Part shown: positions 53,461 through 64,000 of the stretch, piece by piece | Layout: every line of letters starts with the position of its first letter | How positions within the stretch are numbered: position 1 is the first letter of the stretch | Assembly: GCF_009914755.1 (NCBI RefSeq) | Contig: NC_060940.1 | From: the human T2T-CHM13v2.0 reference genome, Homo sapiens | DNA: 64,000 nucleotides | Reading direction: 5' to 3' (one strand) | The notes under the pieces: generated by a model | What the model was told of the DNA's origin: nothing | The model's input: the letters and a program-made list of their open reading frames with translations, nothing else | Database searches by the model: none | Position numbers and translations under genes: made by a program

Positions 53461-53891
53461 TTAATTTCTAGATTCCAGTATGTGATGCTGGCTGGCTTAA
53501 GAGTATAGTGAGCTCTCTATTGACCTTACAATAAAATACAATGCCCTTCTCATGGCCTTCTATATGCTATGTAATCTGATCCTAGCTTGTTTCTTTGACT
53601 TTCTCCTCTATCACCCCAACCATTGCTCATGGCACTTTAGCCACCTGAGCCTACTTTCTGTTCCTCAAATATCCTGATCTTGCCACCCTTTGAAAGAGCC
53701 CACTCATAGGTTATTTGGCCTTTTGTTTTATCTGCTTTAACAGTTGCCCCAGATCTTCATATGACTGGCTTCAGTTCCGATGCTATCTCTTTAGAAAAGC
53801 ATTTCATGACATGTCAACCTACTGTTGATCACTGTCTTTTATTTTATTCATAACATTATTTCTGACTTAAAATACTGCATGTATGTATGCA

Positions 53892-54331
53892 TGTAGTAGG
53901 AACTATGTGCCCTGACTCCCTTGTCCAACTGGCATGCCCACTCCCCAGCTGATGTGAGTTTTGATAGCCAATGGCCAACATCTGCACCTTTCTTCCAAGC
54001 ATTACTCTTGGTCAATAGGAGCTGCCTCACCGAGGGATGCCTAGGAGGCTGTGATGGCACACACCTCCTCCACAAGGCAGTGTGCAACCAGTGACTCACT
54101 AGTTCAATGTCCCTAGGTGGGTCAGCTTGGTGGGGCCATTTGCACTCCAGAGCTCCTGCTGAGATCAGACAGAGGCTAAACTCAGCTTTGCTTGGCTTCT
54201 TCCTCTGTATGGTTCTGCTCTCTACACCAACTTATAAGCCCCTCGTACAACTTGTTTCTTGGGTCTTCAATAAATCACCTTCACAAGAACACCCATCTCA
54301 GATCCTGTTACTGGAGAACCCAGCTTCAACA
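53892..54331 (+). mobile_element. ERVL LTR16A-like solo LTR
   Basis: 'cccactccccagctg', 'gcactccagagctcc', 'tcaataaatcacc..cccatctcag..gagaaccca'; TSD atgca/atgta. Confidence 0.8.
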
Positions 54332-54369
54332 ATGTATTAGTTTACTTATTTAAAATCTGCCCTCCTTAA

Positions 54370-54575
54370 CTACGTGGTGGCACACGCCTATAGTTCCAGC
54401 TACTCAGGAGGCTTAGGCGGGAGACTTGCCCTGAGCTCAGGAGTTTGAGGCTGCAGTGAGCTATGCTTCCCCTCTGGCATTCCAACCTGGCTGACAGAAT
54501 AAGACTTCATCTCTAAAAATGATAATAATAATGAATGAATAAATAAATAAATAAATAAATAAATAGATAAATAAT
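54370..54575 (+). mobile_element. Alu right monomer (FRAM-like) with a (TAAA)n tail
   Basis: TSD taaaatctgccctcctta/taaaatctgtcatcctta. Confidence 0.9.
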
Positions 54576-56077
54576 AAAATCTGTCATCCTTACTAGAGTT
54601 AAAGCTCCATGGGAGCAGAGGTTTTGTATATTTTTTTCACCACTACTTTCTCAGGCAATATTCATTTCATAGTAGATGCTCATTAAAGAAGTGTTGAATA
54701 CATGTTGAATGAATAAATTCAGGTTCATATAATCAGCTTCATAGTAACAGCAGTTCAGTATTATTAGGGCTACAATCCACCATTCTATCCTATTCTCTAA
54801 ATGGACATACCATGCCATGTTAGAAACAAGCATAGATCTTTTTCCATGGAGTGAACTGCAACTTTGCCTCTCTTATTTTTATCCTTATGAAATGCAAAAC
54901 CATAAAAAGCTGGGGGTGGGGTGGGGATGTCAAATTCTACCCCACAATACGCCTCCTTCAAGTATCTGATTACACAAAGTCCTCAAAGAATATGATTAAT
55001 GTAACTAAGCCATATTCACACTCTGACATTCTTCCCAGCCAAACACATATTTTAGCTTCACCCAATCCCTTTCAACAAATAAGCTGTTTTGAAAATGATT
55101 TCCAGGGCGATGTCTGTTGCCATAGGAATGACATTAAATGAAAAGGACAGAAAATATAGAGGGTGATAAACTGCTTGCTTGGATGACACACTTGACTTGG
55201 AAGCCTGTGTTCAAATGAGGCATACATGCCAAGATTTTTATGAAAGACAAAATTAAAATGTATCGCTATCAAGCTGTAACTGACAAGGTATTGTGTGGAG
55301 GCTGTTAACATACTGCTCCATATATTTATTGTTTGTCATTTTACTGGCCCTGACAAAGGTCTCTCAGTGCTGTAAATCACACCATTAAATCTGCCACGAG
55401 CAACAGAGGCTGTTGGAAGGAAGAGAAAGAAAGCGTGGTGTTGAATCTCGGTTTCTGATACATGCTGAGCTTCTGGGTGAGCTATCATGTCGTCCAAGGA
55501 GCCTTCCCCCTTTGGGCTGACACTTTTACAAGTGTCAGATTGTTGGCTTTTGACCCTTTGAAAAGAGAAAAAAACAAAACAAAACAGAACAAAACAAAAG
55601 CACACACCCTTCCTCCACCCTGCTTTCGATTGCTCCTGATTTTTCTGTTGGGTAAGATGCCCAGAAGTTACCCCCAACCTTAGCCCTAGTTTACATTCAT
55701 TTTGGGCATAAGATCTCAGATGCACCAGGGTGCCCTATGGAGGTGCTCCACCAGAGGTGGCTTTTGTTGTTTTCTGGAAGATGTGCTTGGGTTACCATCA
55801 GCCTCTTTTCTACACCAGCGAAGGCTTGTTTGTTCTTGAACTGGTAAATTAATAGAATCTTTACACCTGCAGCTGCAGACCAGTGTGGGGATGTATAAGA
55901 CAACATCAGGTAGCTAGGTGCTGCCTCTCTGTCTAGCTAAATCTCGGAAGACTTGGGCTTTCACCCACCTTCATCCTTTCTTTTCTAGATGTTAGCATTA
56001 TGGAGACTCTGCCTGGGCACTGGGCAGCTTGAGTTTTATTGTGGAAGAACAAAAAGGCAAGTTAAGAGCTGAGTTTG

Positions 56078-56450
56078 TGTATCAGTTCATTTTCACACTG
56101 CTATAAAGAACTTCCCTGAGACTGGGTAATTTATAAAGGAAAGAGGTTTAATTGACTCACAGTTCTGCTTGTCTGGGGAGGCCTCAGGAAACTTGCAATC
56201 ATGGTGGAAGAGGAAGCAGGCACGTCTAACATGGCAGCAGGAGAGAGAAAGTGTGTGAAGGAGGAGGTGTCAAACACTTATAAAACCATCAGATCTCATG
56301 GAGCTCATTTGCCATCACAAGGACAGTGTGAAGAGAGCTGCCCCCATGATCCAATCACCTCCCACCATGTCTCTCCCTGGACACATGAGGATTCTGAGGA
56401 TTACAATTCGAGATGAGATTTGAGTGGAGACACAGAGCCAAACCATATCA
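56078..56450 (-). mobile_element. THE1 solo LTR (THE1D-like) inserted in a MIR (about 56060-56600)
   Basis: 'tgagactgggtaatttataaaggaaagaggtttaattgactcacagttc..gagccaaaccatatca'; TSD gtttg/gttgg. Confidence 0.95.
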
Positions 56451-57437
56451 GTTGGAATCTCAGATTCACTGCAATGAAATGTGTGTTTTGGGCAAGTTTT
56501 CAAATCTCTGTGGACCATAGTTTCCTTATCTGTTTGAATAAAAAGGGGGTAAGGGGTGTTAGATTTCAATTCCTTCTAAGTTGCCTTCAAGCTCAAAATT
56601 CAAATAAAATTAAAGGACTATGAGTGGCTATCTAGGGCATTCTATTGCCTCTGGGAAAGACTAGCCTATATTATCCAGAATATATCTCAGTCAGAGGAGA
56701 GTCTCAATGAAGAGCAATCAGGCAATGTGTTTTTCTTCCAGTCAGAATAAAGGAAAAGAAAAAGAAAAAAACAACACCACCTCCAGCATCTAAACTTGGG
56801 GGTGGGAAAACAAGAAGTCAATCACTAGTTTGGAGTGGGGACAGTGTTTTCAGGATTCACTAAATATGGGAGAGTTCTCTGCCAATGTTTCTCTGTCATG
56901 TCTACATTTATTTTTGCAACACAAATGGATGTTTTAGGCAACAGAGTTTAAAAGGAAAGACAGCTTTCACCTACACACGTATGTGCAGAGTCTCTTTTTC
57001 CTGAAACTTTCTGTGCTCAGAATCATGTTTGAAGACATCTTCACACAAAAATTAAGAAGTGTGTTTTTAAACATTTTTAAGGCATACCTTTTATATTTTT
57101 GGTCAGTTATTGTCAGAATTGTGTACATGCATGCTTCAAAATCAGCAACCTATATATTGAGTTTGCAATAATCCTATAATTACAGATTTGAGGGAAAGTT
57201 AAAATTGCTTGTAATTGAGAAAAGGCTGACCAGTGAACCATGCCATTCTTTCCTCCACTCCCTAGGCTTAGAAGCCCCACCCTAGCCTTAGAGCTGCTTG
57301 GAGAGGCTCTTTTAAGATGCCCCTGTTATAAGACCAGGCAAAGAACAAAGTTCCAAGTTTGTGTTTGGTGTTGTTCCTAGGCTTTCGTTCTGGTTCTATA
57401 GGTAATACTGATTTGCCCCTCTTCCAGTGGGGTTAAT

Positions 57438-57650
57438 CAGTGCGGCTTAAATGAGCAGATTCTAGAATCTGCCAGGGTTGAAGTCATGACTCCACCCTCG
57501 CAGTGTGACCTTGGAAAAGTCATTCCACCCCTGAGCTTCACTTTTCTCATCTGTTTAATGTGGTTGTTATGACTCAATGAGATAAAGCATGATGGACCAG
57601 ATTTATTGCATCATAAGGGCATAATTAATCTTAAATATCATTGTTATTCA
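57438..57650 (+). mobile_element. MIR
   Basis: 'gtgtgaccttggaaaagtca..ctgagcttcacttttctcatctgt..ggttgttatga'. Confidence 0.8.
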
Positions 57651-57711
57651 CCATGATTCCAGAAAAGTCATGTAACATCTCAAATTTCATCTTTCCCATC
57701 TATTAAAAAAG

Positions 57712-57715
<4 letters not shown>

Positions 57716-57750
<35 letters not shown>
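57716..57750. repeat. Perfect (TA)17 microsatellite
   Basis: Direct inspection. Confidence 0.97.
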
Positions 57751-57754
<4 letters not shown>

Positions 57755-58076
57755 TACCATTATTATAACATTCATATGTTAAACCAACTTTAATAATAGG
57801 ACAAAGTTATTTGAGATCTATGAAGTATAGATAAAGGCAAAGAAATGATTATTATTTTGATTTTTATCCTTTCTTGTGTTTCAGACCACAAAGTCTTCAA
57901 GTGAGACAGACTGAAAGATTTTATCTCCAGATTGATTACAAAAATTTTAAACGTTATTTAAAAGTATTAAGAATAAAAAAATGCATCTCATATGCACAGC
58001 ATGGGTCAATTAGCAAAAGCTTGAACCTATGGTCCTTCCCTTGACAACTGTGAACGATTTTCAAAAATTTAGAAAC

Positions 58077-58183
58077 ATTTAATTGACAAATTGAGATTGT
58101 ATGTATTCAAGGTATACAACGTGATTCCATACACATAATTGTTTAATGATTATGATAATCAAATTAGTTAACATATCCATCAT
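58077..58183 (-). mobile_element. L1MA-type 3' end fragment
   Basis: 'tttaattgacaaat..attgtatgtattcaaggtatacaacgtgat..taacatatccatca'. Confidence 0.75.
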
Positions 58184-58213
58184 GTCAAAATTTTAGTGAG
58201 GGTTTCTCTGTTA

Positions 58214-58519
<306 letters not shown>

Positions 58520-58643
58520 TTCCCAGGTACCTGCTGTGAGAGAATACCTACATATGTGGTATTTCTAATACTTATGCACATTTTATTAATATTTTCCCAA
58601 GGTAAAAAATGCTCTATCAAGGAAGATTGTCTGAATTTATTTC

Positions 58644-58925
58644 AGCTGGGTGTGGTGGCTCATGCCTGTCATCTCAGCACTTTGGGAGGCTGAAGCAGGA
58701 GTATTGCTTGAGAAGAAGTTAGAGACCAGCCTGTGCAACATAGGGAGGCCCTATCTCTACAAAAAAAATTAAAAAATTAGCTGGGTGTGGTGGCTCATGC
58801 TTGTAGTAGTCTCAGCTACTCAGGAGGCTGAAGTGGGATGATTGCTTGAGGCTGGGCTGTCGAGGCTACAGTGAGCTATGAAATTGCCACTGCACTCCAG
58901 CCTGGGAGACAGACCTTAAAAAAAT
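58644..58925 (+). mobile_element. AluJ
   Basis: Diverged dimer. Confidence 0.93.
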
Positions 58926-59809
58926 AATTTTTATTATTTATTGTCTCTAAAAAAAATAATAAAAAGATTAACTTATTTCAAAGGATTAACATGCATATTC
59001 TATTTAGAACTTTTAAAAACCAATATGAGATAAACATTGAAAAAAAAGTGTACAAAAGAAATGTATATACAATAAGCCAAAGGAAACACACATAACTCAT
59101 ACTCCTAGATAATCAAAGAAACAAACCAAAAAACCAAACAAGGTTGTGGTATTTTCCTCTTATTGCCTTGGCAGAATAAACTGATTGAGATTGACTGGGG
59201 TCAATGAGGTTTGAGGAAAATAAGTATCTCCTATTAACAATGGAGTTCCCTCTGGGAGGTGAGATTATAGATAATTTTGACTTAAAAAAACTTTGTGTAT
59301 TATCTGAGTATTTTTAAAAGACGCATTTCTTTTATGATGAGGGAAAAAATAAGGTTTTTTTTGTTTTGAAATAGTACACTAAAAATATATTTGAAAATAT
59401 TATGTAAAATAGAACACTGATTCATACTTTGGTTTGTTGGTTTTCTTTAGTACCCCCTGTGTTGAGTTTTCAGCTGGGACAGAGATGTTTGAATGAACAT
59501 AGATTCATCATATTATCTCATTTCTCACTGACAATGGCCCTTTAATATCCCAAAATCATAGACACCCCATACAGTTGCTTTGTTACTGATTTCCTTATAA
59601 TTTCCTTGAGGATGAAACTACTTCCCTAAATAGAATTAATTAAATGCCAAGAACAATTTGCCTTATTCATATTTTACAAAAAAAATAGAGTCAAAATTTA
59701 AAACATTTCTATGGGGAAGAAACTGGATTACATATTAAATTCTACCAAAAATTAGAAAAAAAAGGCTTAGAGGAAAAGTTTGGGTGCCACTTAGAGACCT
59801 ATCCGATTA

Positions 59810-59950
59810 TTATAATCTCACCATTTTAGTGGCTTAACATAATGTAAGTTTATTTTTCACTTAGGTGTGGGAGTAAGAGTAGGGGAGGCTGCTCCTTATA
59901 GTCATTCAGGGGCCCAGGCTGCTTGAGGCTCCACCATCTTTACCAAGGCA
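59810..59950 (-). mobile_element. Old MLT1 fragment
   Basis: 'agtggcttaaca..aagtttatttttcact..gtcattcaggggcccaggctg..gaggctccaccatctt'. Confidence 0.6.
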
Positions 59951-60106
59951 CTGAATGTGCTGAACAGCCAGCCACTCTCTGACACAATCTCTACTATCTA
60001 TTATGTTCCATTAATCTATTATTTTTAAGACATTCGTGACATTCAGTGTAGTAAATTACTTTTCCTTTTCACCAGGGAATTCCAGGTGTTTTCTCAGAAA
60101 GTTGGC

Positions 60107-60253
60107 TTTTTCTGTGCCTCACTCTGTCCCATAGGCCAGAGTACAGTGGCATGATCATAGCTGACTGCAGCCTCAAACTCCTTGGCTCAAGCAATCCTCC
60201 TGCCTCAGCCTCCTAAAGTGCTAGGGTTACAGACATGAGTCACCACACCTGGC
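60107..60253 (-). mobile_element. Alu monomer (FLAM_A-like)
   Basis: TSD ttctca(g/c)aaagtt. Confidence 0.85.
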
Positions 60254-60449
60254 CATTCTCACAAAGTTTTAAACAGTTTCCATCTCTCCTACTTCCTAAT
60301 TTGGCAATGGTGCTGTGTCATGTGTTCACATTTATTTATTTTGTCAATACATTCCCTGAGCCATTGAACCATTTTTTCCATCCTGTTCCATCATTGTGGA
60401 CACTCTTGTACCTGAGTATCACACCTCACAGTAAGAGCTACTGTCTGTA

Positions 60450-61160
60450 GAGTACTTTCAGGTGCTACGTTTAGACACATTATGTGCCTTTTCATTAGGA
60501 CATCAGGGCAAGCCTTCAAAGTAACCTTTAATAACAAGTTGTATGAATGAGGAACTAAGCATAGGAAACAACAGATCACATGACCAGGGCCATGCAACTA
60601 ATAATGGACAGAAGAGGTAAATGGGCCTCGAACTTTCTAATTCCAAAGAATTTCTACTCTTCTATGCTGCCTCTTAGCTTCTACTCTTATTTCTATTTTC
60701 TGCAGACCACCTCTTCTCTTAACACCCTGACTTTTTTGTTCAGCTCCCTTTTCCCCTGCCTGGTGTGAAATAGCTACCTATAACTTTTCAGCTGAAAACT
60801 CTCTGAAGGCAAAGTGTTCCTGTGCTTCTCAAGATACATTGCCAATCATTTTTGCTAGCTCGGGCTTCTCTCCTCAGCCTGTAACATGATTCAATTTGTT
60901 CGCAGTGTTCCCTCTGTAATAGTTAATAGCATTTATTGAGTTCTTCCCATGCGCCAGACATTCTGCTAAATGTTCTCCATGAATTATCTGAATGTAGCCT
61001 TAAAACCACTCTGTGGGGGTAATCACCATGATCATCATCTCCACTTTATAGGTGGAAAAACTGAAGCTTCATTATCCTGCCCAAGGAGACCAGCTTGTCA
61101 GTCATCAGCTGATCTTGTAATCCAGGCCTTCCATCTTCAAAGCTGCTCCTTCTCATGGTT
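60450..61160 (-). mobile_element. Two MIR fragments (about 60450-60670 and 60920-61160)
   Basis: 'atgaggaactaagcatag'; 'agcatttattgag..gccagacattctgctaaatg..ctccactttataggtggaaaaactgaagct'. Confidence 0.7.
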
Positions 61161-63729
61161 TTGATACTCTGCTGGGGGCGCACTGTGAGGGTGGAAGAAT
61201 CACCCACATGGAGTGAGAAGTGCCTGCTAGTGCTGGCAGTTCTAAACCAAATGTAGTTTCTTTCCCTTATTTTTCCCCCAAGTACTTCAAACAAATTCCG
61301 ATGAAGAGGGATTCCAATCTAGCACCACGTGGCCTCTTGTTTTCATATGTGATTGAATGTTCAAATTTGTTCAAAATTCTTTTTATGGAAAACTGTTTTC
61401 GAATAGTATAATTTTCAAAAGTTCTCAATGGAGTGGGGAAATTGGATCGGCACATCACCTGCATTTATTTTCTTTTCCCAGGCAATTTTGAAAGGACTGT
61501 AAAAGATCTTTTTTTTAAAAAAAAAAGTTAATCTTCAAAATTCTTCTGGGACATATAATCCTGAAGTGAGCTTAACTGCAACCAATACTGAGTTTTCATT
61601 TTTTCACAAGCAAACAAAAACAACCACCAAAAAGATAATTTACCAGTGTAAATTCCTTTCTGTTGATCTCTTTTTTATATAAACATATTTTTGGATGTTT
61701 TGCTTTAGTCATATGAAGTTTGGAGATCTAAGTTTTGAAGGGATGTGGATCTTTTTACACACCATAAGAAGATTATAGAGAACGGGGTTTGATAATACCG
61801 CCTAATTTGCACTAACCTGTAGTGTCATTTTAAGTTTGTTGCATTTTTTGGGAGTGTGCTTAAATAAGGCACCCCCCAGAGCCCTGCTTGAAAGTATTAA
61901 TATATCTGAATATAAGAGCAAATCTAATTTCTTAAATTTCTTTAAAAAAAACTGAAGCTGTCAAATGAGCACATTAATCAACCAACTTCCAAATTATCAC
62001 ATTTTAAAGGTGTCTTGAAAGCTTAAGCAACCTCTAGTATAAATATTACATAGGTATTTCTTATTAATTTAAACGAGCAAATTTGATAAGATGCAAAATT
62101 TCGTGAGCTTTAATTTTTGTCTTCTAGTGACTGACAAAGAGAAAACTAACTAGCCGCTTTGTAATCACGCATTGCTATTGCATTCTTACAAAACTTGATT
62201 TAGAAGCAAACAAAGCCTTGAAAATATGTTTACTTAAAAATCATCCATGGCCATTTTTCTTACAAGATTCAACCAGAATCTTGGTCAAAATGTCAAGATT
62301 TTTGTTCCTTTCTTTTTATTTTTAAAAAATTATTTATGTCCCTTATTTGACTGGAATCAGTAAAAGGTAGTAGATAGTTGTTAGGAAACACAGCCATGAA
62401 AATGAATGCTGAGCAGGCATTTGGCCCCAAAATTCTGTTATATCAGAAAAGTACCTTAAGCCAATGAAATGGCACATGAATCTCTTTCCTTTGCTCACTG
62501 ATTCTTACAGCAGAAAGGAATGGCCTATCCACGAATAGTTCCTCTGTCATCTTCAAATGAGATCCTATGTTGGCCAGGAGCATTATCTGTCACCTAGGAA
62601 CCTCAGTGTTCAGATCTGGAAAAAAAAAAATTAATTAAGGGTCTTGATATAATACCTGCTGAAATTCTTTGGGACTTAAGCATTTTATAGGTAACGTTTT
62701 AATAAACAGGCCAAAACATAGCAAGAAGACCAGGAGGATCAAGATATTATTAAAAATGAAAATGTAAGTAAAGAAACATCATTATTGAGTAGTTGTTAAT
62801 CCTGCATGTTTACTAATGATCATTTGCGATTCTCTCTAAATATATCTCAATTTAAATAGGTGCAATTTTCATCCATCACACTAACTACTATGCTACTTTT
62901 GAACTCTAGACATTGTCAAAGGATCCGTTTTAACAATGGGAGTTTTGCCAGTGGAAATCCCAATGGGATGAAACCTGTCCTTTAGAAGTAACCAGATAGA
63001 GATGAGAATTGGGGGAAAGAGGCAAGATTGCATGATGATCTGGCCACATATTTCTGGATGACAATGTATCCTGGAGCTAGTAATTTCAAAATGTGAAAGG
63101 AATTCCCCTAAGCTCCATCCTAGAAGACAGCCGCCAATGTTTTCACTGAGAAGCTCAGCAGTCGGGCTCATTGTGTTGTAGGCCCAAGAATGACTGATCC
63201 CTCTGAAAGGGCTTCCGAAATCTTGCCTCCTTTGTCTAATTGGCTGCATCAGTAAATTGCTGGTGGAGAGTTTTAGAGGTTACAGAACAGGAATAGGTTG
63301 CAGTTTTACAGAAAGGCAGGTGTGAGGCGATTAAACACTCACTGTCTCCCAGCACTTTTAATCCCTCTGACCAATTACCTGGAATATAACTTGGAGCAAG
63401 TGACAGAAAATGAGGTTCCTACTGAGCCCACGTGTGTGTTTTAAATACATATGTGTAACATATACTACAGTTGCTTATGAAGAGTAGTTTATTTCTGTTT
63501 TCTTTTTCCTCCTTTTTTTTTTGATTTATTTGAAATGTTTGTGATGACTATACCTAACGTCCTAAAAAGTCTTCTTTCAATAACTTCTTAAGAAAGGTTA
63601 GTAAGAATTCAAACTTGGATGGAAATTTGTACCAGATAAGATGTTTTCAATCCTAATAATTCAATGAGTTTTTAAATAAAAAGTTAATGTGTTTTTATTT
63701 TGTGAATTAATTGCTGAAAAAGATCTAGT

Positions 63730-63752
63730 CTTTCTTCCTTTCTCTTTCTTTC

Positions 63753-63796
<44 letters not shown>

Positions 63797-63827
63797 TCCT
63801 TCTTTCTTTCTTTCCTTCCTTTTTTTT
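63730..63827. repeat. (TTTC)n microsatellite derived from an Alu tail
   Basis: Direct inspection. Confidence 0.95.
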
Positions 63828-64000
63828 GTCTCACTCTGTCACCCAGGCTACAGTGCAGTGGCACGATCTTGGTTCACTGCACCCTCAACCTCCCAGTTCA
63901 AGCAATTTTCCCACCTCAGCTTCCCAAGTAGCTGGGATTACAGGTGCCTGCCACCACACCTGGCTAATTTTTGTATTTTTAGTTGAGACGAGGTTTCACC
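63828..64000 (-). mobile_element. Alu (J-like), cut by the window edge
   Basis: 'gtctcactctgtcacccaggct..gtagctgggattacagg..ctaatttttgtatttttag'. Confidence 0.93.

Larger units (their letters stand above)
53515..54715 (+). mobile_element. L2a 3' region interrupted by LTR16A and an Alu monomer
   Basis: 'tttctgttcctcaaa..cccagatcttcatatgactggct', 'actagagttaaagctccatgggagcagag..tagtagatgctca..tgttgaatgaat'. Confidence 0.8.

Noticed and set aside
62893-63249. 118-aa ORF in the TE-free block
   Set aside because: No recognisable motif or splice support; length is within chance expectation.

Overview
This is simian-primate (most likely human) non-coding genomic DNA, either intergenic or deep intronic. 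The evidence is about 25 Alu copies or monomers (J, S and Y classes, most with visible target-site duplications, TSDs), old L1M/L1PA fragments, L2/MIR, MaLR and ERVL/ERV1 solo LTRs, and hAT/Tigger MER elements. I can support no protein-coding gene, RNA gene, CpG island or CRISPR-type feature. The supplied ORFs are Alu/LTR read-throughs or chance ORFs. Repeat subfamily names are from memory of consensus sequences and need RepeatMasker/Dfam confirmation. The most notable structure not explained by repeat annotation is a set of apparent fossil templated-insertion or template-switch scars: three ungapped local duplications (76 bp direct, 145 bp direct inside a MER5A, 140 bp inverted with a 12-bp stutter at its junction), a triple snap-back hairpin insertion in a MER21 LTR, and several smaller foldbacks. 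Repeat-poor blocks (about 23.9-26.3, 26.8-28.1, 39.4-42.3, 54.7-56.0 and 61.2-63.7 kb) are candidates for regulatory elements or lncRNA exons. I cannot support a new self-contained biological system from sequence alone.
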